A stretch of 62,863 nt of DNA. Origin: Clostridiales bacterium. GTDB lineage: Bacteria > Bacillota > Clostridia > Ch29. Shown here one piece after another: positions 7,585 to 16,690 of the stretch. Both the position numbers and the translations under genes were made by a program. A model generated the notes under the pieces. The model saw only the letters and a list, made by a program, of their open reading frames with translations, ran no database searches and was not told the DNA's origin. Each line of letters begins with the position of its first letter. The first letter of the stretch is position 1. The stretch spans positions 1-62,863 of the forward strand of contig JAAYEV010000021.1 in NCBI GenBank assembly GCA_012728565.1. The letters are read 5' to 3'.

Positions 7585-9300
7585 GTGAAAAAGCGGGGAG
7601 AGTGGCTGGTTGTGCTTCATAACGGCATTAAAGGCCTGGTGGACATATTGGTTGGCATGGGACGCATCACAAGGGAACAGCTGAATTATGCCATCGAACT
7701 TCAGAAAAAAAGAGGCGACAAGCTGGACAGGATACTGGTTGACGAGGGCATTATATCCAAAACCGACATGATGGAAATCATAGGCCAACAACTTGGAATG
7801 CCGCATATAGAGTTAAATAAAAACTTGGTAGACCCGGAAATAATCAAGCTTGTGCCGGAGGCCTTGGCGAAGAAATACATGGTATTCCCCGTTAAGCTGC
7901 AAAACGATGTCCTGTTGCTGGCTATGAGCGACCCTTTAGACATATTCGCGGTGGATGAGGTAAAGCTGGCAGCGGGGAAGGAGGTCCAGCCCGCCATAGC
8001 CTCCGAGGAGGAAATACGCCTGGCACTGGAAACACACTATGGCAAAAGGTCCGCAGAAAAGGCGGCGGAGGACTTTGCCAGGGAGTACAGGATTGATGGC
8101 CCCACCGTGCCGGAAAGGGAGCTGATGGAGCAGGTGAGCAACGCTCCCGTTGTTCGGCTGGTGAATTCAATTATAGAGCAGGCGACAGTGAGCCGCGCCA
8201 GTGATATACATATTGAACCGGGCGGCAGCAGGATGAGGGTGAGGTTCCGGATAGACGGCCGGCTGCAGGAAATAATGTCCTTGCCCATGCAGACACACGG
8301 GCCTACGGTGGCTAGAATCAAGATTATGAGTAGTCTAAACATAGCCGAAAGAAGGATACCCCAGGACGGGAGGGTGGAACTGGAGACCGGGGGTAAGAGC
8401 CTTGACCTGAGGGTATCGGTGCTGCCTACGGCCTATGGCGAAAAGGTGGTTATTAGGGTGCTGGATCGGAGCAGTTTCCTTCTGTCTCAGAAACAACTGG
8501 GCCTTATTGAGGAAAACGAAGTGCTGTTCAACCGGCTGATGAAGGTTCCTCACGGTATAATACTTGTCACCGGGCCGACCGGGAGCGGCAAGACCACCAC
8601 GCTTTACGCGGCCCTGAGGGAGCTAAACGATGTCTCGGTAAACATAATTACCCTGGAGGACCCTATAGAGTATAGGCTGGAAGGGGTTAACCAGATGCAG
8701 GTGAACCCAAAGGCAGGGCTTACCTTTGCCGGCGGTTTAAGGTCGGTGTTGAGACAGGACCCGAACATAATAATGGTGGGAGAAATTAGGGACGAAGAAA
8801 CCGCCGCCCTGGCGGTCAGAGCTGCCATAACAGGGCACTTGGTGCTTTCCACGCTGCATACAAATGATGCCGCAAGTTCGGTTCTTAGGCTCCTGGATAT
8901 GGGGGTGGAACCATACCTTGTGGCTTCGTCTTTAAGGGGAATAATCTCCCAGCGACTTGTAAGAAAAATATGTACCGACTGCAAAACAGGGTACAATGCT
9001 GCAAAAGAAGAGCTGAGGGTATTGGGACTGCCCTCGGACAGCAGTGTGAGGCTTTTCAGGGGAAAAGGCTGCAGCAGCTGCCACGGCACCGGGTATAGGG
9101 GCAGGACTGCGGTCCATGAAATAATGGTCATTACCGAAAAACACAGGGAACTGATTAGCCGGAGGGCGTCCTCCGATAAGCTGGACAGGGTTTCCAGGGA
9201 TGCCGGAATGATGACCTTGAGGGAAAACTGTGCACGGCTTGTCATGAAAGGAATTACTACCGTTGAAGAGATGGCGGGGGCAGTCTACTTGAACGAATAA
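7585..9300 (+). CDS. pilB: type IV pilus assembly ATPase PilB (GspE family) with T2SSE_N/MshEN-like N-terminus
   Basis: Walker A GPTGSGKTT, Asp/His boxes, and the tetracysteine CTDC...CSSCHGTGYRGR. The exact start is ambiguous but must lie upstream of 7633. Confidence 0.92.
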   Translation: MKKRGEWLVVLHNGIKGLVDILVGMGRITREQLNYAIELQKKRGDKLDRILVDEGIISKTDMMEIIGQQLGMPHIELNKNLVDPEIIKLVPEALAKKYMVFPVKLQNDVLLLAMSDPLDIFAVDEVKLAAGKEVQPAIASEEEIRLALETHYGKRSAEKAAEDFAREYRIDGPTVPERELMEQVSNAPVVRLVNSIIEQATVSRASDIHIEPGGSRMRVRFRIDGRLQEIMSLPMQTHGPTVARIKIMSSLNIAERRIPQDGRVELETGGKSLDLRVSVLPTAYGEKVVIRVLDRSSFLLSQKQLGLIEENEVLFNRLMKVPHGIILVTGPTGSGKTTTLYAALRELNDVSVNIITLEDPIEYRLEGVNQMQVNPKAGLTFAGGLRSVLRQDPNIIMVGEIRDEETAALAVRAAITGHLVLSTLHTNDAASSVLRLLDMGVEPYLVASSLRGIISQRLVRKICTDCKTGYNAAKEELRVLGLPSDSSVRLFRGKGCSSCHGTGYRGRTAVHEIMVITEKHRELISRRASSDKLDRVSRDAGMMTLRENCARLVMKGITTVEEMAGAVYLNE

Positions 9301-9476
9301 ATGCACCTACTCCGGTTATAACGACGGCAATTCAATGAATGCCGGCAATGGGTGCGGCTCGGTACAGCTTTGAACGGGGGCCCGGTTTACTGCTGCAGCG
9401 CTGCTTTGTAAAATAGCTGCGAGGGTGAAATTAGTTTGGTCATGAGCGGCCTATTATTTATATATAGGTGGTAGGT

Positions 9477-10691
9477 ATGACTGTTTACGAGTACAGGGCA
9501 AGAAACCGGATGGGGGAATTGGTTACAGGAACATACGAATCATCCGATATGTCGGATGTGGTACACATGTTAAGGAATAAAGGCCTTTATCCCGTATTTA
9601 TAGAGGAGTGCCGGGAAAAACGTTCCGACACTTTGATGAAGGTGAGTTTCAGAAAGGTTACATACAAGGACATTGCGGTGTTCTGCAGGCAGTTTGCAAC
9701 CATGATTAATGCAGGCATGCCAATTCCGGACATCCTTGATGTTCTGGGGAGGCAGACAGAAAACCCGAGGCTTAAGACCGGTATAGAAAGCCTTTATCAT
9801 GGGGTGCAAAAAGGCAAAAGCCTGTCCAATGCCATGGGTATGGAAAGGGACATTTTCCCGGAACTGCTTGCAAATATGGTGGAAGCCGGGGAGCTAAGCG
9901 GCACCCTTGACAGGGTCATGGACAGGATGGCCGGCCATTATGAGAAGGAATACAGGATTAGGCAAAAGGCAAAAAATGCATTTGTTTATCCATCCCTGGT
10001 AGCCGTGGTGGCCGTGCTGGTGGTGGTTTTCCTGGTTGCCGTCGTGCTTCCGGCCTTTGCTTCAATGTTTCAGCAGATGGGGGCAGTCCTTCCGCTTTTT
10101 ACAAGGATGTTATTGGGCATATGCTTTTTCGTTAGAAAAAGGTGGGTGCTGCTGGTCATTGGAACAGCCGTGCTGCTGCCCGGTATCGGGTGGTATGCAA
10201 AAACGCCGGCGGGCAGGGAGTTTTTCGACGTATTAAGTATTAGGGCGCCGGTAATTGGAAACGTGAACAAAAAGGTTATTACGGCAAGGTTCGCAAGGAC
10301 TCTTGGAGCGCTTGTGTCCAGCGGTTTACCCCTTTTGCAGGGGTTGGAAGTTGCTGGAAAAGTCGTTGGCAACACGGTGGTACAAAAAGGCTTGGGAAAA
10401 GTGGGGGAGGAGGTCAGGAAAGGTAAAGGGCTGGCGGAACCCTTAAAAAAAGTAGAGGCCTTTCCGGCAATGCTGTCTCATATGATCAGAATCGGAGAGG
10501 ATACCGGGACGCTGGACTTTGTACTGGACAAGACAGCGGACTATTATGATGATGAAGTGGAAAGAACGGTAAACAGAATGACCACGCTGCTGGAACCGGC
10601 CATAATCATCGTGATGGCGATAGTGGTAACCTTTATAGTGCTTTCTATAGTTATGCCGATGCTGGATATTATGACACAAGCCAATTTTTAA
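9477..10691 (+). CDS. pilC: type IV pilus platform protein PilC (GspF family)
   Basis: Two T2SSF repeats and 3 TM segments. ATG 9477 follows AGGTGG. Confidence 0.9.
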   Translation: MTVYEYRARNRMGELVTGTYESSDMSDVVHMLRNKGLYPVFIEECREKRSDTLMKVSFRKVTYKDIAVFCRQFATMINAGMPIPDILDVLGRQTENPRLKTGIESLYHGVQKGKSLSNAMGMERDIFPELLANMVEAGELSGTLDRVMDRMAGHYEKEYRIRQKAKNAFVYPSLVAVVAVLVVVFLVAVVLPAFASMFQQMGAVLPLFTRMLLGICFFVRKRWVLLVIGTAVLLPGIGWYAKTPAGREFFDVLSIRAPVIGNVNKKVITARFARTLGALVSSGLPLLQGLEVAGKVVGNTVVQKGLGKVGEEVRKGKGLAEPLKKVEAFPAMLSHMIRIGEDTGTLDFVLDKTADYYDDEVERTVNRMTTLLEPAIIIVMAIVVTFIVLSIVMPMLDIMTQANF

Positions 10692-10895
10692 GATTAGGGC
10701 TTACGGTAGATCTGAGGGACAAGCGGAAATATTTCGGCTGTACCCGCCGGTTTGCGTCACGGCTGTTAATGGTGTAATAGGAATAAAACAGCAGGAATTT
10801 TTGGTATTTTGTAGAATGGTTATTTGACAATGTAAATATTGGAATTTTTATGGAGAATAAATGGGTTCATTGGTTTACAAGGCGGGTGAACGGGG

Positions 10896-11294
10896 ATGAT
10901 GTTTGGAACAGTTAAGGTATTCAAGAGGATAGGTAGAAACAGGGAAGGGTTTACCCTGGTGGAACTTTTAGCCGTGCTGGCTATATTGGCGGTAGTAGCT
11001 GCCATTGCCGTGCCCAGGTTTACCGGAACCATTGAAGCGGCTAAAGTAAGGGCCGATAAATCGTCGGCATTGATAATCGCAAGGGCGGCAGAGCAAAAGT
11101 GGATAGATGACGGGCAAAATGAACAGGTGACCTATCATAAAGAAGACCTGGTGCCGGATTATGTTAGGGAGGTTAAATGGCAGGCATCGGATGCAGACGA
11201 CTTTGGAGCAACAGTAAATGAAAACGGTACATGTATTTCGGTTAAATATTACGACGGGACGTCTCTTTTGGACCCCGAACTTTTGGAGGAATAG
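10896..11294 (+). CDS. pilA: type IV pilin (prepilin N-terminal cleavage/methylation domain), probable major pilin
   Basis: Leader ending ...NREG followed by FTLVELLAVLAILAVVAAIAVPRF. Confidence 0.85.
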   Translation: MMFGTVKVFKRIGRNREGFTLVELLAVLAILAVVAAIAVPRFTGTIEAAKVRADKSSALIIARAAEQKWIDDGQNEQVTYHKEDLVPDYVREVKWQASDADDFGATVNENGTCISVKYYDGTSLLDPELLEE

Positions 11295-11361
11295 CAGAAA
11301 TTTGGTGCTTTTTTAAAAGCCACCTGTTCCTTAAAACCTTTCCGGAAGAGGTAAGGAAGCC

Positions 11362-12105
11362 ATGGAGTACGCTGCTTATTTTGTACTGGGGCTTGTGGTG
11401 GGCGGCTTTATCAATAAATGCATACATAGGATACAGGAAGGGAAGTCGGTTTTATATCCGCCCTCCCGGTGCAGGGCATGCGGCAGACCGGCTGGGCTGC
11501 GTTACATGGAACCGGCGGCCAATTATGTCTTCCTGAATGGGAAATGCCGGTACTGCGGCGATAGGATACCGCCGGTTTTCCCCGTAGTCGAGCTGGCAAC
11601 CGCGGCGCTGTATATATTTGCATTTTACCGCTTTGGAAATGGAATAGTGTTTTTTAAAAGCTTGGTGTTGATGCCGGTGCTGCTTGTGGCGGCCATTATA
11701 GACCTTAAGGAACAGATCATCCCGGACAGTCTCGTGGTCTTTGGCCTGGTTTCAGGAACGCTATTTGCCTTGGCCGGCGGCAGCCGATTGATTAGGGATG
11801 CAGTGCTTGGCGCCGCAGCAGGAGGGGGAATCCTTCTTGTCATTGTCCTGGTTTCCAAAGGTGGGATGGGATGGGGTGATGTAAAGCTGTCGACGGTGAT
11901 AGGTTTGTTTCTTGGATGGCAGTCGACGCTGGTTGCGTTATACATATCCTTTATTTCGGGCGGTGTTGTTAGCCTGCTGCTGCTGTTTACAGGGAAGAAA
12001 GGAAGGAAGGACCCGGTACCCTTTGGACCTTTTCTAAGCGGGTCTGCGGCATTAGCGCTGCTGTTCGGTCAACGCTTGTTTTCTTTTTGGCTGCCGCCGG
12101 CATGA
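11362..12105 (+). CDS. pilD: prepilin peptidase (A24 family)
   Basis: N-terminal CxxC...CxxC zinc motif (CRACGR, CRYCGD), polytopic membrane body, and GMGWGDVKL active-site region. Confidence 0.9.
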   Translation: MEYAAYFVLGLVVGGFINKCIHRIQEGKSVLYPPSRCRACGRPAGLRYMEPAANYVFLNGKCRYCGDRIPPVFPVVELATAALYIFAFYRFGNGIVFFKSLVLMPVLLVAAIIDLKEQIIPDSLVVFGLVSGTLFALAGGSRLIRDAVLGAAAGGGILLVIVLVSKGGMGWGDVKLSTVIGLFLGWQSTLVALYISFISGGVVSLLLLFTGKKGRKDPVPFGPFLSGSAALALLFGQRLFSFWLPPA

Positions 12106-12127
12106 GGGGGAGGTTTAATGGAGGCAC

Positions 12128-12571
12128 ATTAACGAAAAAGGTTTTACGCTTTTGGAAGTGCTGCTTGTACTGCTCATTATTTCCATAGCTTGTGCGGTGG
12201 CGGCACCGGGAATAGACGCCGTTTTGGCCAAAGCTGAGGCGGATGCGGCCCTTAGGGAATTGGTGACGGATATTAGGTATGCGCAGCAATTGTCAATAGC
12301 CAGGGGCAGGGTTTACCGTATAAACTTTAATGTAAACCTGCAGCTGTACTGGATAAGTTATGCCCGGCATCCAGCCCCGGCAATAGTAAAGCAGGTATAC
12401 TTCCCGGAAGCGTTAACCCTTATCGGCACAAATTTTGACCATCATACGCTCGGGTTTAACGCCATGGGTGCACCCTTGGCAGCCGGGACCTTAGAGTTTA
12501 AGGATAAAAAGGGCAGGACTATAAGAGTAACCGTGCTTCCTGCTACCGGGCGGGTCAGGGTGTACAGGTGA
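12128..12571 (+). CDS. GspH/FimT-like minor pilin with a start-codon problem (possible frameshift or ATT start)
   Basis: The in-frame sequence upstream of the ORF-track TTG (12152) encodes NEKG/FTLLEVLLVLLIISIA, a complete prepilin site. There is no ATG/GTG/TTG between the in-frame stop (12116) and that site. The SD-preceded ATG at 12118 is in the +1-shifted frame and stops after 4 codons. Confidence 0.65.
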   Translation: MNEKGFTLLEVLLVLLIISIACAVAAPGIDAVLAKAEADAALRELVTDIRYAQQLSIARGRVYRINFNVNLQLYWISYARHPAPAIVKQVYFPEALTLIGTNFDHHTLGFNAMGAPLAAGTLEFKDKKGRTIRVTVLPATGRVRVYR

Positions 12572-12582
12572 GGTGGATGCTT

Positions 12583-13053
12583 ATGAAAGCAAAGGGAAGG
12601 AAACAAGCGGGGTTTACGCTTATTGAAGTACTTGTAGCCCTCGCGGTCCTGGGGATTGTAATTCCCCCTGTCCTGGGGCTTTTTACCGCTGCAGCGCATA
12701 GAAATTACAACAGTAAAAGGAATACAGCAGCCTTGACCGTGTCAAGGGACATTATGGACAGGATTAAAGCAGGGGACATTAACTCTGCCAACGGGGAAAG
12801 AGAGATAAAAAACTACAGGGAGCGGTACGGGGTGGAAATATATATATCCTGCACAGACATCTACAATGGCGGCACCCTTAAAATGGTTAAGGTATACGTT
12901 ACGCCGCAGCTTGGCATGGATCCGGAGACTGAGGGGATAATGCTGGCTTCCTATGCCTCCCATTCAAATATTGAAGAGATGGATACAAGTCTGCTTTGCC
13001 AAACGGTACCCGTTGGCGGCGAGGATGACACGCTGGGGATAGGGGAGCAGTAA
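12583..13053 (+). CDS. minor pilin (prepilin-type N-terminal domain, PilV-like)
   Basis: MKAKGRKQAG/FTLIEVLVALAVLGIV. ATG 12583 follows GAGGTGG. Confidence 0.8.
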   Translation: MKAKGRKQAGFTLIEVLVALAVLGIVIPPVLGLFTAAAHRNYNSKRNTAALTVSRDIMDRIKAGDINSANGEREIKNYRERYGVEIYISCTDIYNGGTLKMVKVYVTPQLGMDPETEGIMLASYASHSNIEEMDTSLLCQTVPVGGEDDTLGIGEQ

Positions 13054-13100
13054 CCTCCAAGTACAGGCCCTATTAGCAAATAACCGGGCGGTGTTTCGAT

Positions 13101-13574
13101 ATGAAGCGTATTCACGGCAAAGGGGGTTTTTCAATAGCAGAACTCTTGATAGCCCTCGGCTTGACAAGCCTTGTAGCTGCGGCTTCGTTTATGGTCTACT
13201 TTGCAGGGGCAAAGGCCTGGAAGAGGGCGGAAAACCTGGTGGAGGTTCAGCAGAACCTGAGGATAGCCATGAATACTTTAAACACCGAGATAAGAAAAGC
13301 CGATTATTTCAAAATACAGCATGGAAACAGGGAAATCACGATTAGCTACCCAAACGGGTCAACCAAGGGATACAAGTACCATCCGGCCTCCGGTGAAATA
13401 AGGATATCTGAAAGCGGCGCCACAGTGGCAATGCATATTGACGATTTGAAATTCAGTTACCGGGACGGCCTCATAATTATTGAGATTACTACCAAAGCCA
13501 TGGAAGGCGTCCGGGGGGAAAAATATACCTTCAGCATATATGCCAGGGGGAAGGCGGAAGATGACCGGTTATAG
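13101..13574 (+). CDS. minor pilin (prepilin-type N-terminal domain, PilW-like)
   Basis: MKRIHGKGG/FSIAELLIALGLTSLV. Confidence 0.75.
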   Translation: MKRIHGKGGFSIAELLIALGLTSLVAAASFMVYFAGAKAWKRAENLVEVQQNLRIAMNTLNTEIRKADYFKIQHGNREITISYPNGSTKGYKYHPASGEIRISESGATVAMHIDDLKFSYRDGLIIIEITTKAMEGVRGEKYTFSIYARGKAEDDRL

Positions 13575-14085
13575 GGAGGGTTCAGCCCTGGTAATGGTCA
13601 TGCTCTTCACCTTTGTTATAACCTTGCTGGGCACAGCGATTATGGGAGTGGCCATTAACGAGTACAGGATGGAAGCGGCACACAGGAACAGCGTAAAGGC
13701 CTATTATCTTGCCGAAGCCGGGTTGGAAAAGGCAGTATACGAGATTTCACAAATGAAGGCCATTGTACCGGGGTTTCTCAAACAAATGCAGTGGAAAATG
13801 GTAAAAGAGGACCTTGGCCTTGTCGAACCGGGGGTCCGGGGGGATTACTTGGTTACAGTGGAAGACGTTGAACTTATTGATGTAATACTTGCCGGCGAAG
13901 GAGAAAACAGTGAAGTGTACAAGAGCGTATATGAAATAAAGCTGAAGTCAATGGCGGTATACAAAGAAGCTCCGGCGGGAATCGAAGCCCATATACTGGT
14001 GGAGGACTATGAAGAAACCGGTATGGATAACAGGGTGGAGGTCTGCCGTTGGAGACAGATAAGGGGGATAGGAGATGAAAATTAA
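13561..14085 (+). CDS. PilX-N-terminal-domain pilus assembly protein
   Basis: EGSALVMVMLFTFVITLLGTAIMGVAINEY hydrophobic N-terminus followed by YYLAEAGLEKA. ATG 13561 overlaps the end of the previous gene. Confidence 0.7.
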   Translation: MTGYREGSALVMVMLFTFVITLLGTAIMGVAINEYRMEAAHRNSVKAYYLAEAGLEKAVYEISQMKAIVPGFLKQMQWKMVKEDLGLVEPGVRGDYLVTVEDVELIDVILAGEGENSEVYKSVYEIKLKSMAVYKEAPAGIEAHILVEDYEETGMDNRVEVCRWRQIRGIGDEN

Positions 14086-14338
14086 AAATTACATGGAGGA
14101 CGTGGTTATTCACCTGCTTTACAATCTTGTTAAGGACAGGGAAAATGTTTGCAAGTGCGAGAAATGCCTCAGCGATATTGCGGCAATTGCGCTGAACAGG
14201 CTGCCTCCTCATTACGTAGTGTCCGAAAAGGGTGAAGTGTACTCAAAGGTGCTGAATATGTCCATACAGTTTGAAGCGGATGTGACAACGGCTATCCTGG
14301 AAGCCATTGAAAGGGTGTCAAAGAATCCAAGGCATTAA
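14075..14338 (+). CDS. ComFB (late competence development protein) domain protein
   Basis: 87 aa with MEDVVIHLL, the CKCEKCLSDIAAIALNRLPPHYV motif, and C-terminal KNPRH, as in the ComFB family. Confidence 0.8.
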   Translation: MKIKNYMEDVVIHLLYNLVKDRENVCKCEKCLSDIAAIALNRLPPHYVVSEKGEVYSKVLNMSIQFEADVTTAILEAIERVSKNPRH

Positions 14339-14360
14339 AGGGTATGGATGGGGTGAAAAT

Positions 14361-15812
14361 ATGCCTTTGTTAAACAGGAAAATACTGTGCTTGGATATAG
14401 GCAGCAGCGCCATAAAATGGATGGTGTTTGACGGGAAAAGACGCTTGCTGTATGATTGGGGTATATCTGAAACACCAGAGGGTTGGGTGAAGGGCGGAAG
14501 GATTATTGAACAATGCGGCGTTGCACAAAGAATTAACGAGGTTTTAAGGTCCTCGGGAGGGAAACCATCCGGTGTGCTGGTTTCTTTCTTTTGCCCTGAA
14601 ATGATAATAAGAACGGTGATGCTGCCAAAGCTGGACCCTAAGGAACTGGAAAGGGTCGTAAAATTCGAAGTGGAACATTTGCTATCACAGGGCGCCGAAA
14701 AATATGTTACGGACTATAGGGTACTGGGGGAAGTACTGCAGCAGGGGTCCGTTCAGGTGAAGGTTCTGATTGCGGCAGTGCCTTCGGAGATAGTTAAGGG
14801 ATACTTGGGGCTTTTTAAAAGGTTAAGCCTAAAACCACTGGCGCTGGATTTTCACGGCAATTGTATATCCAGGACTGTCGGTCTAATAAATAAAGACTCC
14901 AAGGGAGAACGGCAGCTGGTGGTGGATATAGGGGCTTCCACTGCTGCAATAACCATTGTGGAAAGAGAATCCCCGGTGTTTACAAGGCTTATATATATAT
15001 CCGACACTGAACAGCTGTTTAAGGATGTATGCCACTCCGTTGAGTTTTTCAGAACAAGAAGTGGAAGCAGTATTGATACAATTGTAATGGCAGGAGGCAG
15101 CAGTCATTTAAAGGAGCTTGGAAGCCGCCTGTCATCCGTTCTGGGGATAAGAGTAGTTTCATTATCCGCCGAACTGCAGCCGGTTTTCAAGGGGGAATTC
15201 CCCCGCGAAAAAGCTGAAACCTTTGCCAATGTACTGGGTTTAGCCTTGGGGGATAGGAAGAATAAGGACAGGGACATAAACCTTCTTCCCGAAAAATACA
15301 GGGATACACGGGAAAAAAGAAGGGCCAAAGGAACAAAGTTGGCGGCGGCGGTACTGGCCGGTACTACGGCAGCAGGAGCCATACTGCTTCCCTTGTATTA
15401 TATTGATGGTTTGAAAAGCAGGAGTGCAGTAATACGGGACGAGGCGGCAGGCTGGGAAACGATAATGGAATACATCGAAAACATGGAAGACCTGCGCAGG
15501 GAGATGGAGCTTAGAAAAAACGTGTACGAAATGCTTAAGTCCCAGCGAAGGGAATGGTCTTTTATGCTTGATGAAATAGGCCGCAGCGTTCCCGATAAAG
15601 TTTTGCTTGTTTCGGTTAGTTTTGTATACCCGGATGGGATTAAGATTATCGGTGAGGCACCGGATTACGCGGCGGTAGCCCGGCTGGCTGTAATACTGGG
15701 GCAAATTGAGGATATTATCGCAGCGGAGCCGGTGAGCATTGCCGCTTCGAGGAAAGGAACCTTTGACTTTGAATTAAGGTGCCTTTTAAGGGGTGAGGCG
15801 GATGTGTATTAA
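14361..15812 (+). CDS. pilM: PilM-PilN fusion protein (actin-like ATPase fused to PilN TM/periplasmic module)
   Basis: N-terminal LCLDIGSSAIKW ASKHA fold. At ~aa 320: INLLPEKYR, a TM segment and a coiled coil (PilN signature). ATG 14361 follows GGGGTG. Confidence 0.85.
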   Translation: MPLLNRKILCLDIGSSAIKWMVFDGKRRLLYDWGISETPEGWVKGGRIIEQCGVAQRINEVLRSSGGKPSGVLVSFFCPEMIIRTVMLPKLDPKELERVVKFEVEHLLSQGAEKYVTDYRVLGEVLQQGSVQVKVLIAAVPSEIVKGYLGLFKRLSLKPLALDFHGNCISRTVGLINKDSKGERQLVVDIGASTAAITIVERESPVFTRLIYISDTEQLFKDVCHSVEFFRTRSGSSIDTIVMAGGSSHLKELGSRLSSVLGIRVVSLSAELQPVFKGEFPREKAETFANVLGLALGDRKNKDRDINLLPEKYRDTREKRRAKGTKLAAAVLAGTTAAGAILLPLYYIDGLKSRSAVIRDEAAGWETIMEYIENMEDLRREMELRKNVYEMLKSQRREWSFMLDEIGRSVPDKVLLVSVSFVYPDGIKIIGEAPDYAAVARLAVILGQIEDIIAAEPVSIAASRKGTFDFELRCLLRGEADVY

Positions 15813-16464
15813 CCTGAGCAAGAGGGAGAAAGTGCTGGTGCTTCTGGCTTTTGCGGTGGTACTGTTTTTCTTATACCACAGGTATTACCTTGTTCCCATA
15901 CTTGAGGAGGCCGCGGCGATAAAGGAAGAGATGCGAAAGAGCCAGGAAAGATTTACAAACCTTATAACGGGCGGTAGTGATATAGGCACACTTGAGAAAA
16001 GGATGGAAGAAATAAAGTCCAACCTGGGGGGGATGGAGATAGCATTGCCGCCGGGTCCAAATACTCCCGAGATAATAACCCAGATAGAAAACTGTTCCAA
16101 GGCCGCCGGTGTAGAGTTGGGAAGAATGGATTTCTTAGAAATTGCGGCACCGCAAGGAAGGCCGGGGGAACAAAAACAGGGGGTACATTACATAAAGGTG
16201 CCGGTTCAAGTACATATTTCAGGGTCCTATGGCGGTATTATGGCCTTTATTAAGGCGCTGGAAGAGTCGGAGAGACTCTATAGCATCACAGGTTTTGACC
16301 TATATAATGCCGGGCAGGAGAACGGGCACATCTTGAACATGGATATTGAATTATGTGCTTACGCGCTGCCGATGGGGGAGAAGCCGGTGCAAAACCCTTC
16401 AGCCTACGGGCTTACAGAGTACCAATACCTTAGGGAAAACCCCTTCGCCCCTGCAGCCGAATAA
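15802..16464 (+). CDS. pilO: PilO-like pilus assembly protein
   Basis: N-terminal TM, a coiled coil, and a ferredoxin-like C-terminus. Position after pilMN. Confidence 0.75.
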   Translation: MCINLSKREKVLVLLAFAVVLFFLYHRYYLVPILEEAAAIKEEMRKSQERFTNLITGGSDIGTLEKRMEEIKSNLGGMEIALPPGPNTPEIITQIENCSKAAGVELGRMDFLEIAAPQGRPGEQKQGVHYIKVPVQVHISGSYGGIMAFIKALEESERLYSITGFDLYNAGQENGHILNMDIELCAYALPMGEKPVQNPSAYGLTEYQYLRENPFAPAAE

Positions 16465-16494
16465 GGAAACAGGTTTTTTCGGCAGCACTCCAGT

Positions 16495-16526
16495 ACAGGC
16501 GGGTTGGCTTCCTGCCTGTTTTTTGT
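16495..16526 (+). terminator. intrinsic terminator ending the pilus operon
   Basis: ACAGGCGG...CCTGCCTGT hairpin followed by TTTTTTG. Confidence 0.7.
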
Positions 16527-16690
16527 TTAACTGATTAAAGTATAAACCATTGACAAATATTATATTTGGCAATATATTTAGGCTAAATGCACGGTAAGCG
16601 GCGGGCCGGTGGGAAATAACAAGGAAAAGGTTTTAGCATAGAAATACGGTAGGTCATGGTTAGAATAAACAGGGAAAGGGACGTGGTTTA

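Noticed and set aside
9301-9476. 177-nt pilB-pilC gap examined for a degraded pilT or small ORF
   Set aside because: It holds only a 6-codon ORF, and no ATPase remnants are visible in any frame.
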